Shown here: piece after piece, positions 18,412-26,672 of the stretch
Numbering within the stretch: the stretch's first letter is position 1
How the letters are laid out: each line of letters opens with the position of its first letter
Source of the DNA: Minisyncoccota bacterium
GTDB taxonomy: Bacteria > Patescibacteriota > Minisyncoccia > Phycocordibacterales > Phycocordibacteraceae
Reading direction: 5' to 3'
DNA length: 64,000 bases
NCBI GenBank assembly: GCA_041663025.1
Contig: JBAZRE010000001.1
Coordinates: forward strand, 5,912-69,911
Program-made: the position numbers and the translations under genes
Notes under the pieces: model-generated
Databases searched by the model: none
What the model was told of the DNA's origin: nothing
What the model saw: the letters and a program-made list of their open reading frames with translations, nothing else

Positions 18412-19659
18412 ATGTCAAAGCGCATTGAACCAGAGGTTGAGACGTTCGCACGGATTCGGGTGGTTGGCGTCGGTGGCTCGGGCAAAAATGCAGTGAATCA
18501 CATGATCGATTCGAAGGTGCGTGGCGTTGAGTTCATCGCGGTCAACTCTGATGCGCAAGATCTCCACCGGTCGCTCGCCAAGCGCAAGATCCACATCGGA
18601 AAGAATCTCACGAGAGGGCTCGGCACAGGGATGAATCCTGAGCTCGGCAAGCGCGCCGCCGAGGAGACCCGTCAAGAGATCCAAGAAGCACTCTCGGGCA
18701 GCGACATGGTCTTCATCACCTGCGGCATGGGTGGTGGCACCGGCACTGGAGCCTCTGCGATTATTGCAAAAATAGCGAAAGAGGTCGGTGCACTCGTCAT
18801 CGCGGTCGTGACGAAACCATTTTCCTTTGAGGGTGCACAGCGCAAAGATATCGCCGAGCGCGGTCTCGCCGAATTGAAGAAAGAGGTTGATGCATTCATA
18901 GTCATCCCAAATGACAAACTACTCGCGATTGTCGATAAGGATACGTCAGCAAAAAGCGCCTTCGCGATGTGTGACGAGATCTTGCGCCAAGCGGTCGAGG
19001 GCGTCTCCGACATTATTACGACTCCTGGTGATATCAATACCGACTTTAACGACATCAAGGCAATTATGGAGGGTGCCGGCCCTGCTCTCATGGGTATCGG
19101 CATCGCTGAAGGTGACGAACGAGCTCGTGAGGCCGCACGCCAGGCGGTCAATTCCCCACTCCTTGATGTTTCTATTAGTGGTGCAAAAGGCATTCTCTTC
19201 GTCGTGGCTGGATCTGATGATCTCGGCATCATGGAGGTACAAGAGGCCGCAAAGGTTATAAGTGAATCTATCGACAAGAGCGCGAAGGTTATCTTCGGCA
19301 TTATGCGCGATGAGAAACTTAAGAAGGGCCAGATTCGCATTATCGTCATCGCAACTGGTTTCCCAGAGGGAGCGATACACACATCTACAGTCGAGCGTTC
19401 TCTATTCTCGATGCCGGTAGAAAAACATGAGGAAGAACGTGGTCGCATTTATCATGAGATTCTAAAGCGTGAAGAAAAAGAAGAGAAACCGGAGGTTAAG
19501 GTTGAGAAAAACTTGACTGTCGAAAGCACTCCTTTTGGCGGAAAGGAAGAACCTATCGTCACGGCACTGCCGCACAAGCGCGAGGTGATTCCTGTTGTTC
19601 CAGAAGATGATGAATCCTGGGGCGCAATTCCGGCATTTTTGCGCCGTCATAAAAAGTAG
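18412..19659 (+). CDS. ftsZ: Cell division protein FtsZ
   Basis: GMGGGTGTG tubulin signature, C-terminal IPAFLRR. Confidence 0.98.
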   Translation: MSKRIEPEVETFARIRVVGVGGSGKNAVNHMIDSKVRGVEFIAVNSDAQDLHRSLAKRKIHIGKNLTRGLGTGMNPELGKRAAEETRQEIQEALSGSDMVFITCGMGGGTGTGASAIIAKIAKEVGALVIAVVTKPFSFEGAQRKDIAERGLAELKKEVDAFIVIPNDKLLAIVDKDTSAKSAFAMCDEILRQAVEGVSDIITTPGDINTDFNDIKAIMEGAGPALMGIGIAEGDERAREAARQAVNSPLLDVSISGAKGILFVVAGSDDLGIMEVQEAAKVISESIDKSAKVIFGIMRDEKLKKGQIRIIVIATGFPEGAIHTSTVERSLFSMPVEKHEEERGRIYHEILKREEKEEKPEVKVEKNLTVESTPFGGKEEPIVTALPHKREVIPVVPEDDESWGAIPAFLRRHKK

Positions 19660-19674
19660 TTTTGTTTTGAATGG

Positions 19675-19703
19675 AAAAAGGCAGATTCTCATCTGCCTTT
19701 TTT
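19675..19703. terminator. Bidirectional terminator
   Basis: AAAAAGGCAGAT-TCTC-ATCTGCCTTTTTT. Confidence 0.8.
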
Positions 19704-19725
19704 GATGCTTCACGCGTCAAGAAGA

Positions 19726-20481
19726 TTACCCCTCAACTAACGGCTTCATCCTCGGCCAGCAATCCCGTGATGGCACCCCTTCTGAGGAATGAGGAGGCCA
19801 CTCTTGTACATAACCCCAGCAGAGTTTGGGTCGCCCACCAAAGTTTTTTTCGGCAGAGACAGCCATCCGCTTATCTCTGTTTTCGTTTCCCCCAAAACGC
19901 GACCCGAGTGCTGAAATGTAGCCGATCCTTGAGAGAACGTCTGTGTGCACACAAAGCGCGACAACTTCTGTGATGGTCAGCGGAAATCGATTTTGTTTCG
20001 CAAGGAGCTTCTCAGCATTTTTCTCGTTTGCCTCGATTGATGTCGTTCCGTCATTTATGTCGAAGATGTAGCTCAGCGCACTTGTCTTTTCAACATCCTC
20101 AACCGAATAACTGTGGTCGGCATAACCGACTTTACCATCGGTGGTTCGTATCATAGCCATGAGATCATAGACGGTGCGCTGATCTAATGAAATGACCGGC
20201 AAGAACGGGATATTCCATTTGCCCAAAGTCATTTCCATCGCATGCCGCATAACATCTCCTTTGCTGTTACGAAGCCATCTCCTAATCGGTTCGGGAACAC
20301 CGCGTTCTATGAGAGTCGCGATTTGACTCTCAAAAAGTTTGTCGAACTCCTTCCATCTGGTGATCTCACTGTTGGCGTGTGCCACGGTAGCATCGATTTT
20401 TTCTCTGAAATCATCAATGGTTTCGAACGGTTCCATAATTGCTTTGACTAACTTATTGTCTGTCTCTATTCTTTCTTTCAT
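19726..20481 (-). CDS. Hypothetical protein
   Basis: ~250-aa ORF with GGAGG SD upstream of ATG 20481. Confidence 0.6.
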   Translation of the reverse strand: MKERIETDNKLVKAIMEPFETIDDFREKIDATVAHANSEITRWKEFDKLFESQIATLIERGVPEPIRRWLRNSKGDVMRHAMEMTLGKWNIPFLPVISLDQRTVYDLMAMIRTTDGKVGYADHSYSVEDVEKTSALSYIFDINDGTTSIEANEKNAEKLLAKQNRFPLTITEVVALCVHTDVLSRIGYISALGSRFGGNENRDKRMAVSAEKNFGGRPKLCWGYVQEWPPHSSEGVPSRDCWPRMKPLVEG

Positions 20482-20590
20482 CTCCCACCTCCCTATAAAC
20501 ACAGTTATTTGTTATATCTCAAACACCCTAATCCGCCGTAAGTTAACTCCTTTGTCGCCGAAAAGTCAAAGTGATTGTACTAAGCCGGCT

Positions 20591-20630
20591 CATGTATCAA
20601 TTTTCATCCTATAGGATAAGAATTGAGACA
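20591..20630. repeat. Palindromic direct repeat, downstream copy flanking PaaX/Cas2-like gene 3
   Basis: CATGTATCAATTTTCATCCTATAGGATAAGAATTGAGACA; 34/40 identical to 21225-21264. Confidence 0.85.
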
Positions 20631-20645
20631 ACTTACTTTCACAAG

Positions 20646-21227
20646 TCATAGGAGTCGGAAGTGTTCCCGAAGTCGGCGATCTGATTCAAGTGCCTCGGCA
20701 ACGAATGAGAGCATTTCGCCCGTACCGCTCTTGAGGTGTGCGCGGACAAGCCCGATGAATTCATCACAGGGATATGGATATATCCAGACACTGTCCTGAA
20801 GCCTCAAGAAACCAGCGCCCATGAGAAGAGTCCGTAGTTGCGAACGAGCTCGCCTGCGCTTCTCGCGGATATCAAACATAACGACGCGCCACTTGCCATC
20901 CCAGAATACTGGTGCAGGAATGCGGTATTCGTTTGCGTACACCGTTCCAATCACCGCACGACCCTTTTCGGTCAACGAGGCATTGCGGTGTCCATACTTT
21001 CCTGATGTCTTTACGAGACCGGCGTACTCGAGACGGGTTATTGCCTGCGTGATACGACGGTACAAATCTTTCCGATTCGCCACACCACGATCAAGTTTTT
21101 TCAGAATGGTCAGTACCCTCGGAGCGACGAGTGCGACACCGAGCGCCCCACTCACTGCTAGCGTTCGCAAAATGAGATTGCGCATTGGCAGATATTTCCC
21201 GCGCGTTTCCGTCCGCATTTTCTTCAT
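20646..21227 (-). CDS. PaaX-like protein with wHTH and Cas2-like C-terminal domain (copy 3)
   Basis: LTEKG, WDGKWRVVMFDIRE...RLQDSVWIYPYPC. Confidence 0.8.
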   Translation of the reverse strand: MKKMRTETRGKYLPMRNLILRTLAVSGALGVALVAPRVLTILKKLDRGVANRKDLYRRITQAITRLEYAGLVKTSGKYGHRNASLTEKGRAVIGTVYANEYRIPAPVFWDGKWRVVMFDIREKRRRARSQLRTLLMGAGFLRLQDSVWIYPYPCDEFIGLVRAHLKSGTGEMLSFVAEALESDRRLREHFRLL

Positions 21228-21266
21228 GTATCAAATTATATCCTATAGGACAGAAATTGAGACATG
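21225..21266. repeat. Palindromic direct repeat, upstream copy flanking PaaX/Cas2-like gene 3
   Basis: CATGTATCAAATTATATCCTATAGGACAGAAATTGAGACATG; contains the minus-strand TATAAT and the start codon. Confidence 0.85.
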
Positions 21267-21322
21267 TTATTAACAATAGGTAGAAATTCTGTTCAATGCA
21301 TAGAAAGTGATAGAATAGGGCG

Positions 21323-22246
21323 ATGTACGATTTAATAATCATCGGCGGGGGGCCGGCGGGGGTGGCTGCAGGCATTTATGCAGCACGGAAACATCTAAAA
21401 GCGGTTCTGATTGCTGAAGAGATCGGCGGACAATCTGTTGTCTCAAGCGGCATAGAGAATTGGATCGGTATGCCGAAGATCAGTGGTGCAGATTTTGCGA
21501 AGTCTATGAGAGAGCATCTCGAGGTGGTGAAGGGCGATATTGTCACGCTCGCCATCGGCGAGCGTGTCGTCTCGCTTGAATCCCAACTTGGCGGTTTCAC
21601 CGCCAAAACAAAATCAGGCAAAGAATTTTCTGCAAAAGCTGTCCTCATTGCTTCTGGTGCCAGCCGCCGCAAGCTTGATATCCCGGGCGCAGATAAGTTT
21701 GAACATAAGGGTGTCACCTACTGCGCCTCCTGCGACGGCCTCCTCTTCTCGGGTATGGACGTCGCGGTGGTCGGTGGCGGTAATGCCGGTTTTGAGACGG
21801 CACTCCAACTTCTCGCGTATGCGAAATCGGTCACCCTTATTCATCGTCATGCAGAATTCAAGGCTGATCAGATAACAATAGAGAAAACGCGTGCTCATCC
21901 CAACATGCACATTATTGCTCATGCCGAGCCGACTGAAGTCATCGGCGAACAGTTTGTCACTGGTTTAAAATATAAAGACAAAGGGTCTGATGAAATAAGA
22001 GAAGTGAGTGTGTCTGGTATATTTGTCGAAGCGGGCGTTGTACCGAATACACAGTTTGCCGAAGGGTTTGTTGAGCTTGATGCGGTAAAAAGAGTGAAGA
22101 CCGATCCTCATAACCAACACACGAGCGTTGAGGGCATCTGGGCTGCCGGTGACTGCACCGACGAGCTCTACCATCAGAACAACATCGCCGCCGGCGACGG
22201 CGTTAAAGCAGCAGAAGATATTTATCTTTGGATCAAGAAGCAATAA
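21323..22246 (+). CDS. trxB: Thioredoxin reductase / AhpF C-terminal-like flavoprotein
   Basis: GGGPAG, GVTYCASCDG, GGGNAG, AAGD. Confidence 0.85.
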   Translation: MYDLIIIGGGPAGVAAGIYAARKHLKAVLIAEEIGGQSVVSSGIENWIGMPKISGADFAKSMREHLEVVKGDIVTLAIGERVVSLESQLGGFTAKTKSGKEFSAKAVLIASGASRRKLDIPGADKFEHKGVTYCASCDGLLFSGMDVAVVGGGNAGFETALQLLAYAKSVTLIHRHAEFKADQITIEKTRAHPNMHIIAHAEPTEVIGEQFVTGLKYKDKGSDEIREVSVSGIFVEAGVVPNTQFAEGFVELDAVKRVKTDPHNQHTSVEGIWAAGDCTDELYHQNNIAAGDGVKAAEDIYLWIKKQ

Positions 22247-22251
22247 GCTTT

Positions 22252-22980
22252 ATGCCGCCAACCATCTCAATCATCATCCCGACGCTGAAGGAGGAACAGT
22301 TTTTGGAGCGGACACTAGAGAATCTGAAGACGCTCCAATTACCGCACGAGATTGTCATCAGCGACGGCGGCAGCACTGATCATACACTCGATATCGCGCG
22401 GCGGTATACCGATAAGATTGTTGTCTGGGACCAGCCACGCCGACAAACGTTTGGTGAGGCGAAGAATACGGGAGCAGCGATTGCGAGTGGGAAATATTTG
22501 GTATTCATCGATGCCGATGTAATCATCCCTGAGCCAGAGGCTTTTTTTGAAGAGGTCATTGCCGCGTTTGATAAAAATCCGAAGCTCGCTGGCATCACTG
22601 CCCCACTTAAGCCATTAGTTGAAAATAGTTCGCTCACTGACGCATTCTTCTGCGCGCCGCTTAATTGGTTCTATGTCGTGTCGAACAACATGTTCCATTC
22701 GGGCAATTCATCCGGTGAGTTCCAGATGATGCGTGCCGACATCTTCAAAAGCATTGGCGGGTTCGGCGAACATCTCGCCGCCGGTGAAGATAACGAGATG
22801 TTCCGCCGCCTCGCGGCGCACGGCCGCACACTCTCCTATCGCAAGCTCTGTGTGCGTCATTCGCTGCGCCGCGCTCACAAGCTCGGCTGGCTGCGCACCT
22901 ATGGCATTTGGATTAAGAACGGCCTCTCTATCATGTTCCGCGACAAAGCCGCGTATAAGGAGTGGACGGTGGTGCGCTAA
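22252..22980 (+). CDS. Glycosyltransferase family 2
   Basis: SIIIPT, DGGSTD, FIDAD, GED. Confidence 0.9.
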   Translation: MPPTISIIIPTLKEEQFLERTLENLKTLQLPHEIVISDGGSTDHTLDIARRYTDKIVVWDQPRRQTFGEAKNTGAAIASGKYLVFIDADVIIPEPEAFFEEVIAAFDKNPKLAGITAPLKPLVENSSLTDAFFCAPLNWFYVVSNNMFHSGNSSGEFQMMRADIFKSIGGFGEHLAAGEDNEMFRRLAAHGRTLSYRKLCVRHSLRRAHKLGWLRTYGIWIKNGLSIMFRDKAAYKEWTVVR

Positions 22981-22986
22981 CATACT

Positions 22987-23583
22987 ATGAGCGTCTCCGC
23001 TGTCATTGCACTCTTTCTCCAATATAAATACCCCGCGCTGGTGGTGCTTTCTTTTTTTGAGGGTCCGTACATGATGATGATGTCCGGCTTTCTTATTAAG
23101 CTCGGCGTGCTCACGATTATTCCCACTTACATTGCCCTCTCAATTGGCGATCTCCTCGCCGATACGGTTTGGTACTACGTCGGATACTTTTTTGGGAATA
23201 AGTTTGTACATCGATTTGGAAAGTTTTTTGATATCAATGCCACAAGCATCGAGAATGCAAAAGAGCTTTTTTCAAAACACCGGAAGAAGATTCTTTTAGG
23301 ATCTAAGATGACCGCCGGCTTCGGGCTCTCACTCGCGACGCTTATCACCGCGGGGATTGTTCGAGCGCCTTTTGGAGAATATATCGTTTTAAACTTCTTC
23401 GGCCAGCTCGTCTGGACGACCGTGATGCTCGCGGTTGGATACTTCTTCGGAAATCTTTATGTAGTCATTGATAATGTCGCTGGAAAAATATTCATCATTG
23501 CCATTGCGCTTCTCGCTCTCTATCTCCTGCTTCGCCTAAGCAGACGCCTTGGAAGAAAAGCGAAAGAAGCTATTGGTGAATAA
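22987..23583 (+). CDS. DedA family membrane protein
   Basis: EGP, GD...Y..G motif, multiple TM helices. Confidence 0.8.
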   Translation: MSVSAVIALFLQYKYPALVVLSFFEGPYMMMMSGFLIKLGVLTIIPTYIALSIGDLLADTVWYYVGYFFGNKFVHRFGKFFDINATSIENAKELFSKHRKKILLGSKMTAGFGLSLATLITAGIVRAPFGEYIVLNFFGQLVWTTVMLAVGYFFGNLYVVIDNVAGKIFIIAIALLALYLLLRLSRRLGRKAKEAIGE

Positions 23584-24583
23584 AAGCGAGGTTTTGAAGA
23601 AAGAGGTCTGTTGAGTGTTCCCAAGTATACTGCCCTGCTTTCTTCCGGCAATCTGCTGGAGATAACTCTAGGCATTTTATAGCGACTTCTTGAAGATCTT
23701 CGCCTAGGTAACCATCCTTCCCTTCTGTGACACTGTCGCGCGGGCCCATGGCGTCATGTGCCGCGACCCTGAGGCCACAGGCGAGCGCCTCGAGGACGAC
23801 GAGACCGAAGGTCTCAGTGCGCGAGGGGAAGACGAACACATCACAGAGCGAGAGCCAATCTACTAACTCTTGGCCATGCTTATAGCCGATAAACGTATTT
23901 TTCTTCCCGTACTTTTCTTCTAATCTCTTTCTATCGGGGCCATCCCCTATGACCAGCTTCGTCCCAGGCAAATCAAGTTTTAAAAATTCTTCAGGACTCT
24001 TTTCTGGTGCGAGACGGCTGAAGTAGACGAAGACCGGTTTCGGTAGGGGGGGCAGAGGTGGTGTTGGATTGCGCGTGAAGAGTTTGGTATCGACGCCTAG
24101 TGGCACCACCACTACATTTTTAAAACCTTCTGACTCTAATTCTTTTTTTAAACTCTCAGTTGAGACCATCGTGCACATTGCTCGAGAATGGAAGTGCCGT
24201 AAGAAAGCATGTGCGGGGCGCAGAAGACCGCGGAAGCGCATATCCACATAGAGCTGGTATCTGGTGTGATACTGCGTCGTGAATGGTATTCCATTCTTGA
24301 TGCAAACGGCCCGCGCCGCCCAGCCGAGCGGCCCTTCGGTCGGGAGATGCACGGCATCTGGTTGAAACTCCTCGATCATCTGTCGAACGCGGCGACGCGG
24401 GAAGAGCGCCAAGCGGATCTCTGGATACGTCGGCATCGGATAGGTCATCTTAAATTGCCCCGGCTCTATCACATCAACAATATACCCACGTTCTTCGAGA
24501 CAACGCTTATGGGCCAAAAGCACTCGTGGCACGCCGTTGACCTGTGGCGCCCACGCATCCGTCACGATCAGTATTTTTTTCAT
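23570..24583 (-). CDS. Glycosyltransferase family 4
   Basis: TDAW.PQVNGV, EKSPE, FPSRTETFGLVVLEALACG. Confidence 0.92.
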   Translation of the reverse strand: MKKILIVTDAWAPQVNGVPRVLLAHKRCLEERGYIVDVIEPGQFKMTYPMPTYPEIRLALFPRRRVRQMIEEFQPDAVHLPTEGPLGWAARAVCIKNGIPFTTQYHTRYQLYVDMRFRGLLRPAHAFLRHFHSRAMCTMVSTESLKKELESEGFKNVVVVPLGVDTKLFTRNPTPPLPPLPKPVFVYFSRLAPEKSPEEFLKLDLPGTKLVIGDGPDRKRLEEKYGKKNTFIGYKHGQELVDWLSLCDVFVFPSRTETFGLVVLEALACGLRVAAHDAMGPRDSVTEGKDGYLGEDLQEVAIKCLELSPADCRKKAGQYTWEHSTDLFLQNLAFIHQ

Positions 24584-24587
24584 CTAG

Positions 24588-24659
24588 TAGCCCTACGGAG
24601 AGTCGGACTCCGATTATCGGCTTGAAAAGCCGGCGTCCTAACCGTTAGACGATAGGGCC
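24588..24659 (-). tRNA. tRNA-Glu(TTC)
   Basis: Cloverleaf GGCCCTA...TAGGGCT-A, anticodon loop TTTTCAA, T-loop TCCGACT. Confidence 0.85.
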
Positions 24660-24799
24660 ATGTTGCTTGCACATGGCCATACACTCTTCGCCTCACTCGG
24701 AACAGATGAAAATCCCATCTGTTCACTCGTTCGGCTTGATTGTAGGGCCTCGCATAAACCTTATCATTTTTGCTCTGAAATGCTAGGATGACGAGCAAC

Positions 24800-24886
24800 G
24801 GAGACGTGGCAGAGTGGTCGATCGCGCTTGTTTCGAAAACAAGTATGTCCGAAAGGGCATCGGGGGTTCGAATCCTCCCGTCTCCG
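24800..24886 (+). tRNA. tRNA-Ser(CGA)
   Basis: GGAGACG...CGTCTCC-G, long variable arm, anticodon CGA, GTTCGAATC. Confidence 0.93.
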
Positions 24887-24910
24887 CAAATTGTGTTATA
24901 GTCTTGATAC

Positions 24911-24983
24911 GCGCGGTTAGCTCAATTGGTAGAGCGCCACATTGACGTTGTGGATGTTATAGGTTCAAGTCCTGTACCGCGCA
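24911..24983 (+). tRNA. tRNA-Val(GAC)
   Basis: GCGCGGT...ACCGCGC-A, anticodon GAC, GTTCAAGTC. Confidence 0.92.
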
Positions 24984-24984
24984 C

Positions 24985-25812
24985 ATGAGATCAAAAAAAT
25001 ATAGCCCGCGTGTTAAACATGCGGTGCGACGCCCGAGCGGACACAGCAAAGCCTCTGCAAGCGGCAAGGTATATGTCTATGGCAAACACGCGCTTATGGA
25101 AGCGTTGCGACATGCACCAAAAGTTATTCGCAAAGTTTTTCTTGCGCCTGATTTGAAAGATGCTGAGCTGCGCGTGCTGCTGACAAAAAATAATATCCCG
25201 ACTGCTGAACTCGCATCGGGTAAAGGCAAAGAGCTTGTGGGCAAAGATGCGGTACATCAGGGTGTTATCGCCGTCATGGATCCCACTGCCCTACTTATAT
25301 CGTTTGATGATTTTCTGGCGACTCTCCCAACAGGATCCGCCAAAATTGCTGTAGCGATTTTGGCTGAGGTGCAGGATCCTCACAACGTGGGCGCCGTTAT
25401 CCGCTCAGCGGCCGCCTTCGGCCTCTCGGCCGTTCTCATTCCTGAACACAACCAGGCACCCATCACCGGCACAGTAGTGAAGAGTTCTGCCGGCATGGCG
25501 TTCCGCGTGCCGCTCGTCTCTATCGGCAATGTGAACAACACCATCAAGACACTCAAAGAAAAAGGTTTTTGGATCTATGGTCTCGCGATGGATGGAGCGA
25601 CAGCGCTTGGCAGTGAGGTATTCGATGCACCGACGGCTTTCGTGATCGGAAATGAGGGTGCCGGCATCAGAGAGAAGACACTCGTCGCCTGCGACGTTAC
25701 ACTCGCTATCCCTATGCACGCACGCACCGAATCACTTAACGCGGCTGCCTCGGCTGCGGTCGTCTTCTACGAATGGTCACGGAAACATCCAGAGGCGCTT
25801 GGAAAAGTATGA
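24985..25812 (+). CDS. rlmB: 23S rRNA 2'-O-methyltransferase (SpoU/TrmH family)
   Basis: HQGV, QDPHNVGAVIRSA, GNEG.G, ESLNA. Confidence 0.88.
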   Translation: MRSKKYSPRVKHAVRRPSGHSKASASGKVYVYGKHALMEALRHAPKVIRKVFLAPDLKDAELRVLLTKNNIPTAELASGKGKELVGKDAVHQGVIAVMDPTALLISFDDFLATLPTGSAKIAVAILAEVQDPHNVGAVIRSAAAFGLSAVLIPEHNQAPITGTVVKSSAGMAFRVPLVSIGNVNNTIKTLKEKGFWIYGLAMDGATALGSEVFDAPTAFVIGNEGAGIREKTLVACDVTLAIPMHARTESLNAAASAAVVFYEWSRKHPEALGKV

Positions 25813-26672
25813 GTGAAAAACAAACGGTTATTCTTTATCATGGTGGATGCCCCGATGGCTTCGGGAGCGCCTATGCCGCATGGAAAAAATTTGGCGACAC
25901 GGCAGAATATATTCCATTAAAATTACATGAGCGGCCCATCCCAGAAGGACTCGAGGGTAAACATCTCTTTTTTATCGACTTCACCTATCCGCAGGACATC
26001 ATGGATGAGATTGTGAAGACTGCTGCGTCTGTGACGGTTCTCGATCACCATCTCGGCATACAAGAGGTTGTGGAGAGTATGCCGGATCATGTGTTTGATG
26101 AAAAACGATCTGGTGCAACTATTGCATGGAGCTATTTTCATCCCGATGTTCCCATCCCGTTCTTGTTAAAATATGTTGAAGATGCGGATCGGTATGTTTT
26201 CTTACTTCCTGATTCTCGCGCGGTGATCGCCTACGCGTATGCGCAGCGATTTACTTTTGAAGATTGGGATCATCTCGTGCAAGAATTTGAAAATGAACAA
26301 ACGCGCGCAACATTGATAGAGAAGGGTAAGGTATATGCAGAATATTTTGCAATCTTAGTCGAACAAATCTCCAAAAAGGCGATACTCGTGTCGTTTGAAG
26401 GACACACCTGTTATCTCTCAGCCGCGACTGACATGTTCAAATCGGACGTGGGGAACAATCTTGCTCACCTACATCCACCGCTTGCCATTATCGCAAACCT
26501 GCATGGCGACGTCATAAACGTGTCACTCCGGAGTGACTCCAGCGTTGATGTATCAGTTATTGCACGGAAATATGGAGGAAATGGACATCCTCATGCGGCC
26601 GCCTTTCGATTGAAGTGGGGAGACCCACTCCCTTGGGTAGTGTTAGATGAAAATGAAAATCCTAGCCATTGA
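25809..26672 (+). CDS. DHH/DHHA1 family phosphoesterase
   Basis: YHGGCPDG, LDHH, SLRS, GGNGHPHAA. Confidence 0.85.
   Translation: MSEKQTVILYHGGCPDGFGSAYAAWKKFGDTAEYIPLKLHERPIPEGLEGKHLFFIDFTYPQDIMDEIVKTAASVTVLDHHLGIQEVVESMPDHVFDEKRSGATIAWSYFHPDVPIPFLLKYVEDADRYVFLLPDSRAVIAYAYAQRFTFEDWDHLVQEFENEQTRATLIEKGKVYAEYFAILVEQISKKAILVSFEGHTCYLSAATDMFKSDVGNNLAHLHPPLAIIANLHGDVINVSLRSDSSVDVSVIARKYGGNGHPHAAAFRLKWGDPLPWVVLDENENPSH

Noticed and set aside
5257-21227. Calling the Cas2-like genes a CRISPR-Cas locus
   Set aside because: No cas1, effector genes or repeat-spacer array; each repeat occurs only twice, about 600-650 bp apart
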